DNA of 32,000 nucleotides from an uncultured archaeon (GCA_964648855.1 CAZYLT010000001.1:240001-272000), one strand, 5' to 3'; positions 1-8,770 are shown, counted from the first letter of the stretch. Numbers and translations: made by a program. Notes: generated from the letters alone by a model not told the origin.

Positions 1-44
1 AGAAGAAGGCTACAAGTGAGTAAGCTAGTTCGTTGGGAAACACA

Positions 45-899
45 ATGACGAATATCTTGCGTTTGGCATTCGAGGTTTCACGTGTTCGTTTCTGGCTATA
101 TCTTGGCGGTACGTACCTGATTGGTTACATAATTGCAATTTCATCGATTTCCGAATTGATTGATATGTTCTTCATTGTGCACCTCTTCTTCTTTATGCTG
201 CCCGCGAATATTATTCTCTATGGGGTTAACGATATCTCTGACAAGGATACTGATATGTTCAATCCGAAGAAAGGTGACAAGGAGTATAAGGCACTGGAAT
301 CCGATGCGACAAAGCTGTACATCCTCGTTGGAGGAATCCTGATCTTTTGTTTAATTTTGGTAGCATTGCAGCCTGATTTCATGGCCGCTATTCTCTTCCT
401 ATCATGGCTAGGACTTTCAGTCGCCTATAGCGTAGAGCCTATCAGATTTAAGGCACGGCCAATCGTTGATTTCGCATCAAATTTCCTGTATGTGATTCCA
501 GCCATTCTTGCGTTCTACCAAGTGAAACTTGACTTCCCACCGCTTCTACCTCTGTTCGCGGCATTTCTGTGGACGTCAGCTATGCAGCTATTCTCTGCCA
601 TTCCCGATATCGAAGCAGACAGAAAAGCAGACATCAAGACGACAGCAGTTGTCATTGGGGAGAAAGCATCACTTCTTCTATGCATCATCTTCTGGGCGGG
701 TTTCGCTGGAATTCTCATACTAGTAACCCAATGGAATAGCCCTTGGAATCTAATGATGCTAGTTTATCCAGCAATTCCATTGTATATTCTCCTACGTCCA
801 CATGTAGACATTGCAAGCATTTACTGGTATTTCCCATACTACACTGCGGTCTTTGGTATCGTCCTTTTCTTCAGTGTAGGTCTGCCATTATTTCTGTAG
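45..899 (+). CDS. lyeJ: UbiA-family prenyltransferase, lycopene elongase/hydratase (LyeJ/CrtEb)-like
   Basis: SRVRFWLYLGG N-terminus, first Asp-rich motif YGVNDISDKDTDMFNPKK, second motif AIPDIEADRKADIKTTA, multiple TM helices; resembles haloarchaeal LyeJ. ATG at 45 preferred over TTG at 33. Confidence 0.8.
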   Translation: MTNILRLAFEVSRVRFWLYLGGTYLIGYIIAISSISELIDMFFIVHLFFFMLPANIILYGVNDISDKDTDMFNPKKGDKEYKALESDATKLYILVGGILIFCLILVALQPDFMAAILFLSWLGLSVAYSVEPIRFKARPIVDFASNFLYVIPAILAFYQVKLDFPPLLPLFAAFLWTSAMQLFSAIPDIEADRKADIKTTAVVIGEKASLLLCIIFWAGFAGILILVTQWNSPWNLMMLVYPAIPLYILLRPHVDIASIYWYFPYYTAVFGIVLFFSVGLPLFL

Positions 900-1027
900 A
901 AGAGATTCCAATACGTTCTCTAATCGCCCGATGTGTTTCTTGGAACATAACGATGATAATAATTTGAGCAAATGTATTAATAGCTCGTTCGCGCACTATA
1001 TACCAAACCCAGAAGGAAGGAGATTGA

Positions 1028-2815
1028 TTGAGCAAAATTTTGAGAGTCAACATGAGCGATATGAGTACTGACTGGGAGAATATTCCCAAGAAGTATGAAA
1101 CCTTGGCTGGACGCGCCATTACAACGGCAATTGTCCATGACGAGGTGGAGCCTACCTGTCACCCGTTGCGTGAGAAAAACAAATTCGTTATCGCGCCTGG
1201 GCTGCTAGCGGGTACTCCGGCCCCGTCTTCAGGACGTTTGAGTGTAGGTGGTAAGTCGCCTCTCACAGGTGGAATAAAGGAAGCAAACGCTGGAGGACTG
1301 ACAGCCACCAGGCTTGGCAAGATTGGCACACGAGCCATTGTCATTGAAGGTATGCCGGACACTGATGATTGGTACAGCGTAGTAGTTGGAAAGGACAATG
1401 CAGAGATTATCAAGACCAACGATTATGCGGGTATGGGTCTTTATGATCTAATCAACAAGATCTGGAAGGACCATGACCACAAACCGGGCATCATCGGATG
1501 TGGCATAGCAGGACAACGCCTATTGAAGAGCGCTGGAGTATTTGGAAACAATATTGAGAATACGGGCCCCAGCCGTTATGCAGGTCGAGGAGGACTTGGA
1601 GCTGTATTGGGCTCAAAGCGAGTTGTCGCCGTCATAAGTGACGACCATGGCTGTGACCCACCAAAGCCGCAGGACAAAGGTAAGTTCGCGAAGGGACGCA
1701 AGGCGCTGACTAAGGCACTGAACGATCACCCTGTCACTGGCCGGCTTGAAGACGAAGAAGGTAATCCCTATGGCGGATTGAAGAATTATGGTACAAGCAT
1801 CCTGATAAACATCATAAATGAGGCAGGAGGCCTTCCCACCAGGGGCTTCAGGTCTGGACGCTTTGAGCATGCTGCAAAAGTTTCTGGAGAAGCTATACAT
1901 GAACTGGTTGACAAGACGAACAAGAAATTTGGTGATAAGGCAGAGGGCAAGTATGGACATCCCTGCCACCCTGGCTGTGTCATAGCGTGCTCCAATGTAG
2001 TTCCATATGAGGATACGGGAAAGGCGCATGTCGCACCGCTAGAATACGAATCGAATTGGGCACTCGGTCCCAATTTGGAAATCAGTAATCTGCATGATGT
2101 TGCTGAGCTGAACCGATTATGCAACGACCTTGGTCTAGATACGATTGAAACGGGAAATACACTTGCCATGCTCATGGAGGGTGGAATGATTGACTATGGA
2201 GATGGGCCAGGTGCAATAGAGGCGCTAGAAGAAGCCTATGATGAGTCTTCAGCATTGGGGAAGCTTGTGAGCGGTGGAGCTAAATTAGCTGGTGAAGCAT
2301 TAGGCGTTACCAGAATCCCAGTCGTCAAGGGTCAATCTATTCCTGCCTATGATCCCAGGCCTATTCGCGGTATTGGCGTGACGTATGCAACCACACCCAT
2401 GGGAGCTGACCATACAGCTGGATATACAATTGCTGCTGAGATCTTGTCGATTAAGGGAAAAACAACGGACCCCCGTAAGATAGAGAAGGCAGAGCTCTCT
2501 AGGAACTTCCAAGCAACAACTGCATACATCGATTCATCCGGTTATTGCCTCTTCATTGCATTTGCCATCCTGGATGATGACAACGGATTCAGTGGAATGG
2601 TAGACACAGTCGATGGGTTCCTAGGTAAAGAGATAGATGTCGCGGAATACGGACTCAATGTACTGGAGATGGAACGCAACTTCAACAAGGCCGCCGGATT
2701 CACAAACAAAGATGACCGACTGCCGGAATTCTTCCACACTGAGCCTTTGCCCCCACACGAGGTAACCTTCGATGTGCCACCCGAGGAGCTTGACAGAGTC
2801 TACGAAGACATGTAA
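1028..2815 (+). CDS. aor: Tungsten-containing aldehyde:ferredoxin oxidoreductase family protein
   Basis: KILRVNM start, GKSPLTGGIKEANAGG, AGRGGLGAVLGSK, CxxGCxxxC Fe-S ligands (CHPGCVIAC), LGLDTI, YDPR, DDRLPEFF; TTG start with GGAAGG upstream. Confidence 0.93.
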   Translation: MSKILRVNMSDMSTDWENIPKKYETLAGRAITTAIVHDEVEPTCHPLREKNKFVIAPGLLAGTPAPSSGRLSVGGKSPLTGGIKEANAGGLTATRLGKIGTRAIVIEGMPDTDDWYSVVVGKDNAEIIKTNDYAGMGLYDLINKIWKDHDHKPGIIGCGIAGQRLLKSAGVFGNNIENTGPSRYAGRGGLGAVLGSKRVVAVISDDHGCDPPKPQDKGKFAKGRKALTKALNDHPVTGRLEDEEGNPYGGLKNYGTSILINIINEAGGLPTRGFRSGRFEHAAKVSGEAIHELVDKTNKKFGDKAEGKYGHPCHPGCVIACSNVVPYEDTGKAHVAPLEYESNWALGPNLEISNLHDVAELNRLCNDLGLDTIETGNTLAMLMEGGMIDYGDGPGAIEALEEAYDESSALGKLVSGGAKLAGEALGVTRIPVVKGQSIPAYDPRPIRGIGVTYATTPMGADHTAGYTIAAEILSIKGKTTDPRKIEKAELSRNFQATTAYIDSSGYCLFIAFAILDDDNGFSGMVDTVDGFLGKEIDVAEYGLNVLEMERNFNKAAGFTNKDDRLPEFFHTEPLPPHEVTFDVPPEELDRVYEDM

Positions 2816-2829
2816 GCACAGTACAAGAC

Positions 2830-2862
2830 GAGGGGCTTAGTCCCCTCATAGATTCTTTTTTT
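2830..2862 (+). terminator. Hairpin plus T-tract terminator after aor
   Basis: GAGGGG-CTTAGT-CCCCTC stem-loop (2830-2847) followed by TTCTTTTTTT, starting 15 bp after the aor stop. Confidence 0.6.
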
Positions 2863-2998
2863 GACCAATTAGCCAAGTTGTAGAGATAATAGAGTGCGTT
2901 TAGTGTATACTTGATTGACTAATGTGCATAGTTTTGATGAGGCATATGTTCAGATATACCCTCAACTGGATTTGTGCTGGGCCCTTCAACGTTTTTTT

Positions 2999-3346
2999 CT
3001 ATCTATATGCCTCTTCGTTTTGCTTAGCTTTTAGACTACCAATCACTAGATGCATCTCGTCAAGTGGGTTCTTAGGCGAAGATTTAGAGAAAGCTTCTTC
3101 TGTTTCTTTTTTTCTTTGGTAAGCTGTTTGTCCATGCAGTGTGAGAGATGAGAGAATTCCTTTTTCCTCCATCTTCTTCAGATGAGATCGAAATTCCTCT
3201 ATTGTTGTAAGAGAATGATTTGGAGAAAGCACTAAGTATCTCTCATAGAGCGTTCGTTCCAACTCAACCAATGCCCAGCCAAATGAACGAATAATATCAG
3301 AGTCAATCTTGCTTAGCTTCATGGGATACGGGGATTCTCCTTCCAT
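2999..3346 (-). CDS. Small hypothetical protein, possible winged-helix DNA-binding protein
   Basis: 115-aa ORF; EEFRSHLKKMEEKGILSSLTLHGQTAYQR resembles a wHTH recognition helix plus wing; divergent from the MoaD pair. Confidence 0.55.
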   Translation of the reverse strand: MEGESPYPMKLSKIDSDIIRSFGWALVELERTLYERYLVLSPNHSLTTIEEFRSHLKKMEEKGILSSLTLHGQTAYQRKKETEEAFSKSSPKNPLDEMHLVIGSLKAKQNEEAYR

Positions 3347-3523
3347 CAAATATTACATCAATTAGACTGTTAAATAATTCGATATGAGAATAATAAGGCA
3401 GACTGCATTCCCTTATGTATCTCATTCAGTGGAATAAACGGACCGTAAATCCCATGACAAACCAAATTGAACATGTGCAATAGCGAAACAGACTAAAGGT
3501 TATAGGAGAGATGACGTAAAGAC

Positions 3524-3832
3524 ATGATTCGAGTACATCTTTATGGACACCTCAGACGTCTTGTAGAAAACAGTCATGCCTGCGAAGACACGGTTATTGA
3601 GATTTCACATAAAGAAGGAACTACTTTTCGACATATCATTGAATGTCTTGGTTTACAGGAAAAGGACCTTGGGGACTGTTTTATAGATGGCAAACTTGCA
3701 AAAATGGATGAAGCTGTTCCGAATGATGCTCGAATTGGATTATTCCCATATAACATGGTCCTGTTGTGTGGAGGACAACATCTCAAAGGACATGGTTACA
3801 CTCAGAGCGACCATGAAGTAGACTATTATTAG
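3524..3832 (+). CDS. MoaD/ThiS-family beta-grasp protein with C-terminal extension
   Basis: IRVHLYGHLRRL start, FIDGK...RIGLFP; GG is internal (LLCGG) and followed by QHLKGHGYTQSDHEVDYY; AGGAG upstream. Confidence 0.75.
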   Translation: MIRVHLYGHLRRLVENSHACEDTVIEISHKEGTTFRHIIECLGLQEKDLGDCFIDGKLAKMDEAVPNDARIGLFPYNMVLLCGGQHLKGHGYTQSDHEVDYY

Positions 3833-3842
3833 AGATGATTCT

Positions 3843-4109
3843 ATGAAGATTGGTGTGAAGCTCTATGCCACGCTAAGGCAATATGCACCTGAAAATACAG
3901 AGATTGGAGGTGTATTCCATGTCGAGCTCGAGAAGGGGACACTGGGAGATTTGTTGTCCGAGTTAGGCATCTCGGAAGAGAGAGCCAAGATTATCATGCT
4001 AAACGGTGTCAGGGTCAGCAGTCTCAACCGAAATCTAGAAGAAGGAGATATTGTTGTGATTTTTCCGCCTGTCGGAGGAGGAATGCACCGTGAGTCATGG
4101 GAACACTGA
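3843..4109 (+). CDS. MoaD/ThiS/SAMP ubiquitin-like sulfur carrier with a tail after GG
   Basis: MKIGVKLYATLRQY...LNG...LEEGDIVVIFPPVGGG followed by MHRESWEH. Confidence 0.88.
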   Translation: MKIGVKLYATLRQYAPENTEIGGVFHVELEKGTLGDLLSELGISEERAKIIMLNGVRVSSLNRNLEEGDIVVIFPPVGGGMHRESWEH

Positions 4110-4899
4110 TACAGACTCGGGAGCTGTTGAAGCCCATCAAGAGAATATCAAGGAGAAGAGAGTTGGTACATTTCAGCTCTTCTTTACTGTATTCCCCGCG
4201 GCCTTCTTCTTCGTCAGTTGGCTTGTTGCAAATGTGCCAATTGCAGAGAATGTCATCTGGGTATCTGCTTTCTTCATTGTTATTCTTGCTATACCCTCTT
4301 ACATATTCCTTTACAAATGGGTTGGTTTGAAGTTAACATTAGTTATTCTGGTTGTGTTTTCGATTATCCCCATTGCAATAGAGGCGATAGGAATAACGAC
4401 AGGGTTCCCATATGGCTGGTTCTACTACTCAGAAAACCTAGGCTACAAAGTATTAGATCTGGTGCCATGGAGTGTAGCCTTTGCATTTGCACCTCTCGTT
4501 CTGGGAAGCCTTTCTTTGGCTAGTTACGTTACTAATGACGCAAGATTGGCGATTCCTCTCAGTGCAATGATATTAGTCTGGACCGATTTGGTGCTTGACC
4601 CCGCCGCTGTTCTGTTGGAGATATGGATCTGGGCTTACCCAGGGCCCTACTATGGGATTCCATTCTCAAATTATGTCGGTTGGTTTCTAACAGCTACCTT
4701 GGCAAGTACCATTCTTCATGCAGCTATCTCCGGCAAATCAGTTCAGATTTCTCAACTGGATTCCAGACTAGCGACAAGCCACCTTCTAATAGCGGCATTC
4801 TGGACAGGATATACGGTATGGACGGGATTGGTTATCCCAGCTATTTTTGGTCTGTTGCTATTCCTGATTCTATACTACTATGTTGTAATTAAGGGATGA
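4090..4899 (+). CDS. cruF: Carotenoid 1,2-hydratase (CruF, bisanhydrobacterioruberin hydratase-like)
   Basis: IEAIGITTGFPYGWFYY...LG...VPW, DLVLDPAAV and YYGIPFSNYVGW are CruF/DUF422-type motifs; polytopic membrane protein; GTG start preceded by GGAGGAGGA. Confidence 0.85.
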   Translation: MSHGNTDTDSGAVEAHQENIKEKRVGTFQLFFTVFPAAFFFVSWLVANVPIAENVIWVSAFFIVILAIPSYIFLYKWVGLKLTLVILVVFSIIPIAIEAIGITTGFPYGWFYYSENLGYKVLDLVPWSVAFAFAPLVLGSLSLASYVTNDARLAIPLSAMILVWTDLVLDPAAVLLEIWIWAYPGPYYGIPFSNYVGWFLTATLASTILHAAISGKSVQISQLDSRLATSHLLIAAFWTGYTVWTGLVIPAIFGLLLFLILYYYVVIKG

Positions 4900-5088
4900 T
4901 GGGAATTTATCGTTCGTTATCCTCGACTCTGGTTTCAGGTTCTGCTCTAGTTTCTCCGATTATGTTCAAAACCATGCCTTAGACAAGTCTTTTCTTGCCT
5001 CTCACATCTCATATTAACCTAGGAAATATGGACATATTACCACGCCATAGCATTATATTAGTTAATACGAGTAGATATTTATTAATAG

Positions 5089-5904
5089 TTGGTGAATAGT
5101 TTGACTTGGCGTTTGCTTATGCGGAGTGAGCCAGATATATTCAGAAACCTGGCACTAGAAGAAGCATTAGCTAGAGTCAATGCCAAATCGGAGAAAAAAA
5201 TCAACACATTACGATTCTGGAAATCAGATAAAGCCGTAGTCATGGGTAGATTTCAGTGTCCTCATCTGGAGGTCAACATGAGGTTCTGTCATGAACATGA
5301 TATTCCAATAGCTCGACGTTTTACAGGCGGAGGTACGGTCTATCATGATTCAGGCAACCTAAATTTCACACTCTGTCTTGACCAAAGCGAAATCTTCGTC
5401 CCAAGAACCCTCAACGAGTTATACTGGAATTTCATAGGAGTCATTGCCGCCAGTCTTAGAACAATAGGAATACCAGCAATCTTTGACCCGAATCGCAATT
5501 GCATTCGCGTCCACCGTAAGAAGATAACGGGAACAGCAGGCTGGATTAAGAGCGGGGTCTCTTTTGTTCATGGAACGCTCCTCATGGATTCAGACCTTGA
5601 CTTGCTTTGCAACTGCTTGGATGTTCCCGATGACCAACCGGTTTACCTAAGGGACAATAGGCGAATTCGTTGCCTCAAATCAAAAAGAGACAAAGTGACA
5701 ACGGTAGTCAATGGATCAGAGAATCCGCCCTCTGAAGAGAAAATAAAACAAGCCATCATTAGGGGCCTTGAAGACTTTTGCGAAGAAACAATTCATGCTG
5801 GAAGCCTAACAGACGAAGAATTGTTTGCTGCAGAGTCTTTATATCAGACTCGTTACAGTCAGGAAAAATGGAACATGGGTGTACTTGCCCAGGCTAATTC
5901 CTGA
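5089..5904 (+). CDS. lplA: Lipoate-protein ligase A family, catalytic domain only
   Basis: NLALEEAL, LRFW, VVMGRFQ, ARRFTGGGTVYHDSGNLNF, KKITGTA, HGTLL; exact start uncertain (5089, 5092 or 5119). Confidence 0.88.
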   Translation: MVNSLTWRLLMRSEPDIFRNLALEEALARVNAKSEKKINTLRFWKSDKAVVMGRFQCPHLEVNMRFCHEHDIPIARRFTGGGTVYHDSGNLNFTLCLDQSEIFVPRTLNELYWNFIGVIAASLRTIGIPAIFDPNRNCIRVHRKKITGTAGWIKSGVSFVHGTLLMDSDLDLLCNCLDVPDDQPVYLRDNRRIRCLKSKRDKVTTVVNGSENPPSEEKIKQAIIRGLEDFCEETIHAGSLTDEELFAAESLYQTRYSQEKWNMGVLAQANS

Positions 5905-5922
5905 ATAAGGAGAATCCAGACT

Positions 5923-6270
5923 ATGACAGGTGAAGACGTCGAGGAAATACGCAAGAATTTCATGAAACATTTTGGAGCTTTGAATCGGGATATCCCCGAA
6001 ACCAGAAACGCGTTTTCTGACTTACAGAAGGCGGTGCACAAGGATGGAGCATTGTCGGCGAAAGTTAAAGAGATGATGTGCATTGTAGCCTCGATTCTCA
6101 ATCCATGTGAATCTTGCATGGTATATCACACCAAACAAGCAATATCACTTGGAGCAACGCGAGAAGAAATCATGGAGGCATGCGGTGTTGCCATTGTCAT
6201 GGGAGGAGGCCCAGCCGCAGCTCATATTGCGACTGTACAAGACGCCCTGGATAAGTGGGCACCAAAATAG
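5923..6270 (+). CDS. Carboxymuconolactone decarboxylase / AhpD-like protein
   Basis: DGALSAKVKEMM, CESC-xx-YH, GATREEIMEA, MGGGP; AAGGAG upstream. Confidence 0.88.
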   Translation: MTGEDVEEIRKNFMKHFGALNRDIPETRNAFSDLQKAVHKDGALSAKVKEMMCIVASILNPCESCMVYHTKQAISLGATREEIMEACGVAIVMGGGPAAAHIATVQDALDKWAPK

Positions 6271-6326
6271 CGAATCGAGATCAAGTTCAACATACCCACG
6301 CAAAAAAATCTGTCGTCAGAGAACTA

Positions 6327-7370
6327 TCAATCAAAACTGGTGAAGAGGACCTTAATCGCCTCTCTCTTCTCCATCAGCTCAAATCCCTTCTTCCACTCAC
6401 GCAGGGGAAGTCGATGAGTAATCAAAGGCTTCACATTGATTTGCCCGGATGACATCATCCGTAGAGTAAGGACCCAACTTGAGGGAATGGTTCCCCAGCT
6501 ACCAATCATTGAAAGCTCCTTCTCGACAACATGGTCAAGATACAGGGTGGTATCGTCCCCCTGTGTTCCCAACAGAGAAACATGTCCAGTTACTTTAACA
6601 AACTCCAGAGCTTGAGCGCGTGCAGGACCTGCACCTGAGGCTTCAATGACTACATCCGCCCCGATACCGTCAGTTTCGCTGAATATTATCCCCACAGGGT
6701 CGTTTTCAGCCTGTACATCCAACGTCATATCAGCACCGAGTTTCTTGGCAATTTCGAAACGCCAATTGTCGGAGGTTACCCCAGTCACAACGACCTCTGC
6801 AGCACCCATCGCCTTGGCGATTTGTAGAGCGATCAATCCCATGGTCCCAGGCCCCTGCACTATCACAACATCGCCTGGTGAGATTGGTGTTTGCTCTGCA
6901 ACGCAATGAGCAACGCAGGCAGTAGGTTCGGCCAGTGCAGCCTCTTCAAGGGATAGAGAGGGGGGAACTTTGTGTAGGATGAATTCAGGTACTACAACGT
7001 ACTTGGCAAAACCGCCATTCGCAAGGGAAACGCCAAGAATCCTCTTATCTTCGCAAGTACAGCGATTGACATGACCAGTTTTGCAATGGTAACAATGGCC
7101 ACAATATGCTGTTGCAGGTGAAACTACACGGTCTCCAAGTGTTAAATCCGAAACCGCAGATCCAACTTCAACAACTCGTCCTGAATACTCATGACCGAGG
7201 ACTACAGGCGGAGTATAGAATGAGTGGTCTGACTTTATGTGCAAATCGGTCCCACAAATACCAGCAGCTTCTACTTCAACAAGCACCTCATCAGCTCGAG
7301 GCGTGGGTTTTTCGATATCTACAAGTTCGATGTTTCCTACACCGCGCTTCTTCTTCATCAGTGCTTTCAA
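6327..7370 (-). CDS. Zinc-dependent medium-chain dehydrogenase (threonine/sorbitol dehydrogenase-like)
   Basis: GICGTD, GHEYSG, structural Zn CGHCYHCKTGHVNRC, GPGTMG Rossmann motif, LITHRLPL. Confidence 0.92.
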   Translation of the reverse strand: MKALMKKKRGVGNIELVDIEKPTPRADEVLVEVEAAGICGTDLHIKSDHSFYTPPVVLGHEYSGRVVEVGSAVSDLTLGDRVVSPATAYCGHCYHCKTGHVNRCTCEDKRILGVSLANGGFAKYVVVPEFILHKVPPSLSLEEAALAEPTACVAHCVAEQTPISPGDVVIVQGPGTMGLIALQIAKAMGAAEVVVTGVTSDNWRFEIAKKLGADMTLDVQAENDPVGIIFSETDGIGADVVIEASGAGPARAQALEFVKVTGHVSLLGTQGDDTTLYLDHVVEKELSMIGSWGTIPSSWVLTLRMMSSGQINVKPLITHRLPLREWKKGFELMEKREAIKVLFTSFD

Positions 7371-7421
7371 TCACAGACCTCTATGTCGTGGGAAAACACT
7401 GTGCTATAGAATCTTGCGATT

Positions 7422-7691
7422 TCAGTCGAAGGAATCCCAAAAATCTGATGGTTCTTCACCTGCATCTATGGGATGAACTCTGTAGCCATTTCCATGCCGC
7501 GAACGAATTTGAGAGGCTGCTTGGGCCCCAACAAACTTTCTCCTGACATCAGCATTCCTGCCCTTCCAGAGAAAAATACTCTTTGAATTGTCATGTACGA
7601 TGCAATAGACACCATCGTCCGAGAGTTCGTCTCGAGCACATTGGACTTCTTTTGTAGTTCCGTCGTCATACATTTCATACGCTATAGCCAT
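7422..7691 (-). CDS. Single-domain gelsolin-like protein (eukaryotic signature protein)
   Basis: ELSDDGVYCIV...IFLWKGRNA...AQAASQI...IDAGEEPSDFW follows the gelsolin pattern LxxxDxFILD...IFxWxGxxS...A...xxEGxEpxxFW; AGGTAGG upstream. Confidence 0.8.
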   Translation of the reverse strand: MAIAYEMYDDGTTKEVQCARDELSDDGVYCIVHDNSKSIFLWKGRNADVRRKFVGAQAASQIRSRHGNGYRVHPIDAGEEPSDFWDSFD

Positions 7692-7759
7692 CGATTCGTC
7701 CTACCTATGTTGAATGCACCTATTCTTGGAGCTTTTTTGAATATGAATCAATCTCGAAT

Positions 7760-7836
7760 TGACTCCTGAGTCAGTTCACATTGGTTTATGCTTTAAATCT
7801 TTGATATATACCTGTATGATATACCGGTAATATACC
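7760..7836 (-). promoter_or_regulatory. Putative promoter and operator upstream of the gelsolin gene
   Basis: Inverted repeat TGACTC-CT-GAGTCA (7760-7773), TTTAAA at 7792-7797, three ATATACC direct repeats (7806, 7819, 7830). Confidence 0.35.
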
Positions 7837-7844
7837 GCACCCTT

Positions 7845-8192
7845 TCATATATTCTCAAACTTCGCATGTACCGTGCTACCACAGTAATTACACCGCGCCT
7901 CCAGTGGGCCGGTCCAATCAATGGCTTCATGAGACATGGAAGCACCACATGATGGGCATTTCTCGGGCAATCTAACGGTCTTCACTGTGTTTCCATCAGA
8001 CCGACCACCCCGCTGGTGTCTTTCAGGAATAACAAATGAGGGAGGAGTGACGGTAAAGCCCTTCTGAAACATGCTGAACCCTCGAAAGACCTTGATGAAG
8101 GCAAAGATTGAGATAATGACAATGAATATAGTCCATATGACGAATAGTATTCCAAATGTACTGACAAAATCAAAGGCGTCAAAGAATTGCAA
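7845..8192 (-). CDS. Membrane-anchored zinc-ribbon protein
   Basis: N-terminal hydrophobic helix; C-terminal CPSC...CNYC. Confidence 0.7.
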   Translation of the reverse strand: MQFFDAFDFVSTFGILFVIWTIFIVIISIFAFIKVFRGFSMFQKGFTVTPPSFVIPERHQRGGRSDGNTVKTVRLPEKCPSCGASMSHEAIDWTGPLEARCNYCGSTVHAKFENI

Positions 8193-8399
8193 CTGAATAT
8201 CACCTTAAGTCGAACGAAATCTAGGAAGAGCGTATCATAGCGCCTTATTATCTTTGTCAGCAATTTTGCATCCATACCGTATAGATTTCCTCAAATGGGA
8301 ATGCATTGAAAACGGCAACATGTTTACGCTTCGGAACAAATAAAAACTGGAATATCTTGTATCAATAAAGAATAAACCATTTTGGAGGAGAAAAGCAAA

Positions 8400-8759
8400 A
8401 TGCAAATCCCAGCATTCCTATTGAGAAAACTGTATGTCAAGGGGAGCCTTGAGAATGCAGATGATGGATTCATGTTCAAGATTAAGAACTCGCTTTCACC
8501 AGGCACAGCCATTGGCATGGAGCCACTTAAAGTAGATGACAATGAGTATCCGTTGGAGGATACTGTAGTCAAGTCCGAAGACGTTGAAGTGGAGGCATCA
8601 GAAATTTCGGAGGATAATTCATTCCCAATCAAGGTGGGCGTAGAGGTTATCATCCATGTGAAAGGAGATCAGCTTGAAGAAGGCGAACATAAAATCGATA
8701 TCTCACTCAAGACAAAAGAAGCAGGCAACCTTGCTTTTGATGTCAAAGATGCATTGTAA
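8400..8759 (+). CDS. Conserved-looking hypothetical beta-sandwich protein
   Basis: MQIPAFLLRKLYVKGSLEN...GFMFKIKN; acidic with alternating beta pattern; GGAGGAG upstream of ATG 8400. Confidence 0.75.
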   Translation: MQIPAFLLRKLYVKGSLENADDGFMFKIKNSLSPGTAIGMEPLKVDDNEYPLEDTVVKSEDVEVEASEISEDNSFPIKVGVEVIIHVKGDQLEEGEHKIDISLKTKEAGNLAFDVKDAL

Positions 8760-8770
8760 AACAAGATACT

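Noticed and set aside
1-32. Possible 3' end of an upstream carotenoid gene (e.g. crtD)
   Set aside because: Only a few codons are visible; nothing identifiable.
160-2739. Short alternative-frame and antisense ORFs inside lyeJ and aor (and similar ones across the window)
   Set aside because: They overlap well-supported genes and have no recognisable motifs; treated as shadow ORFs.
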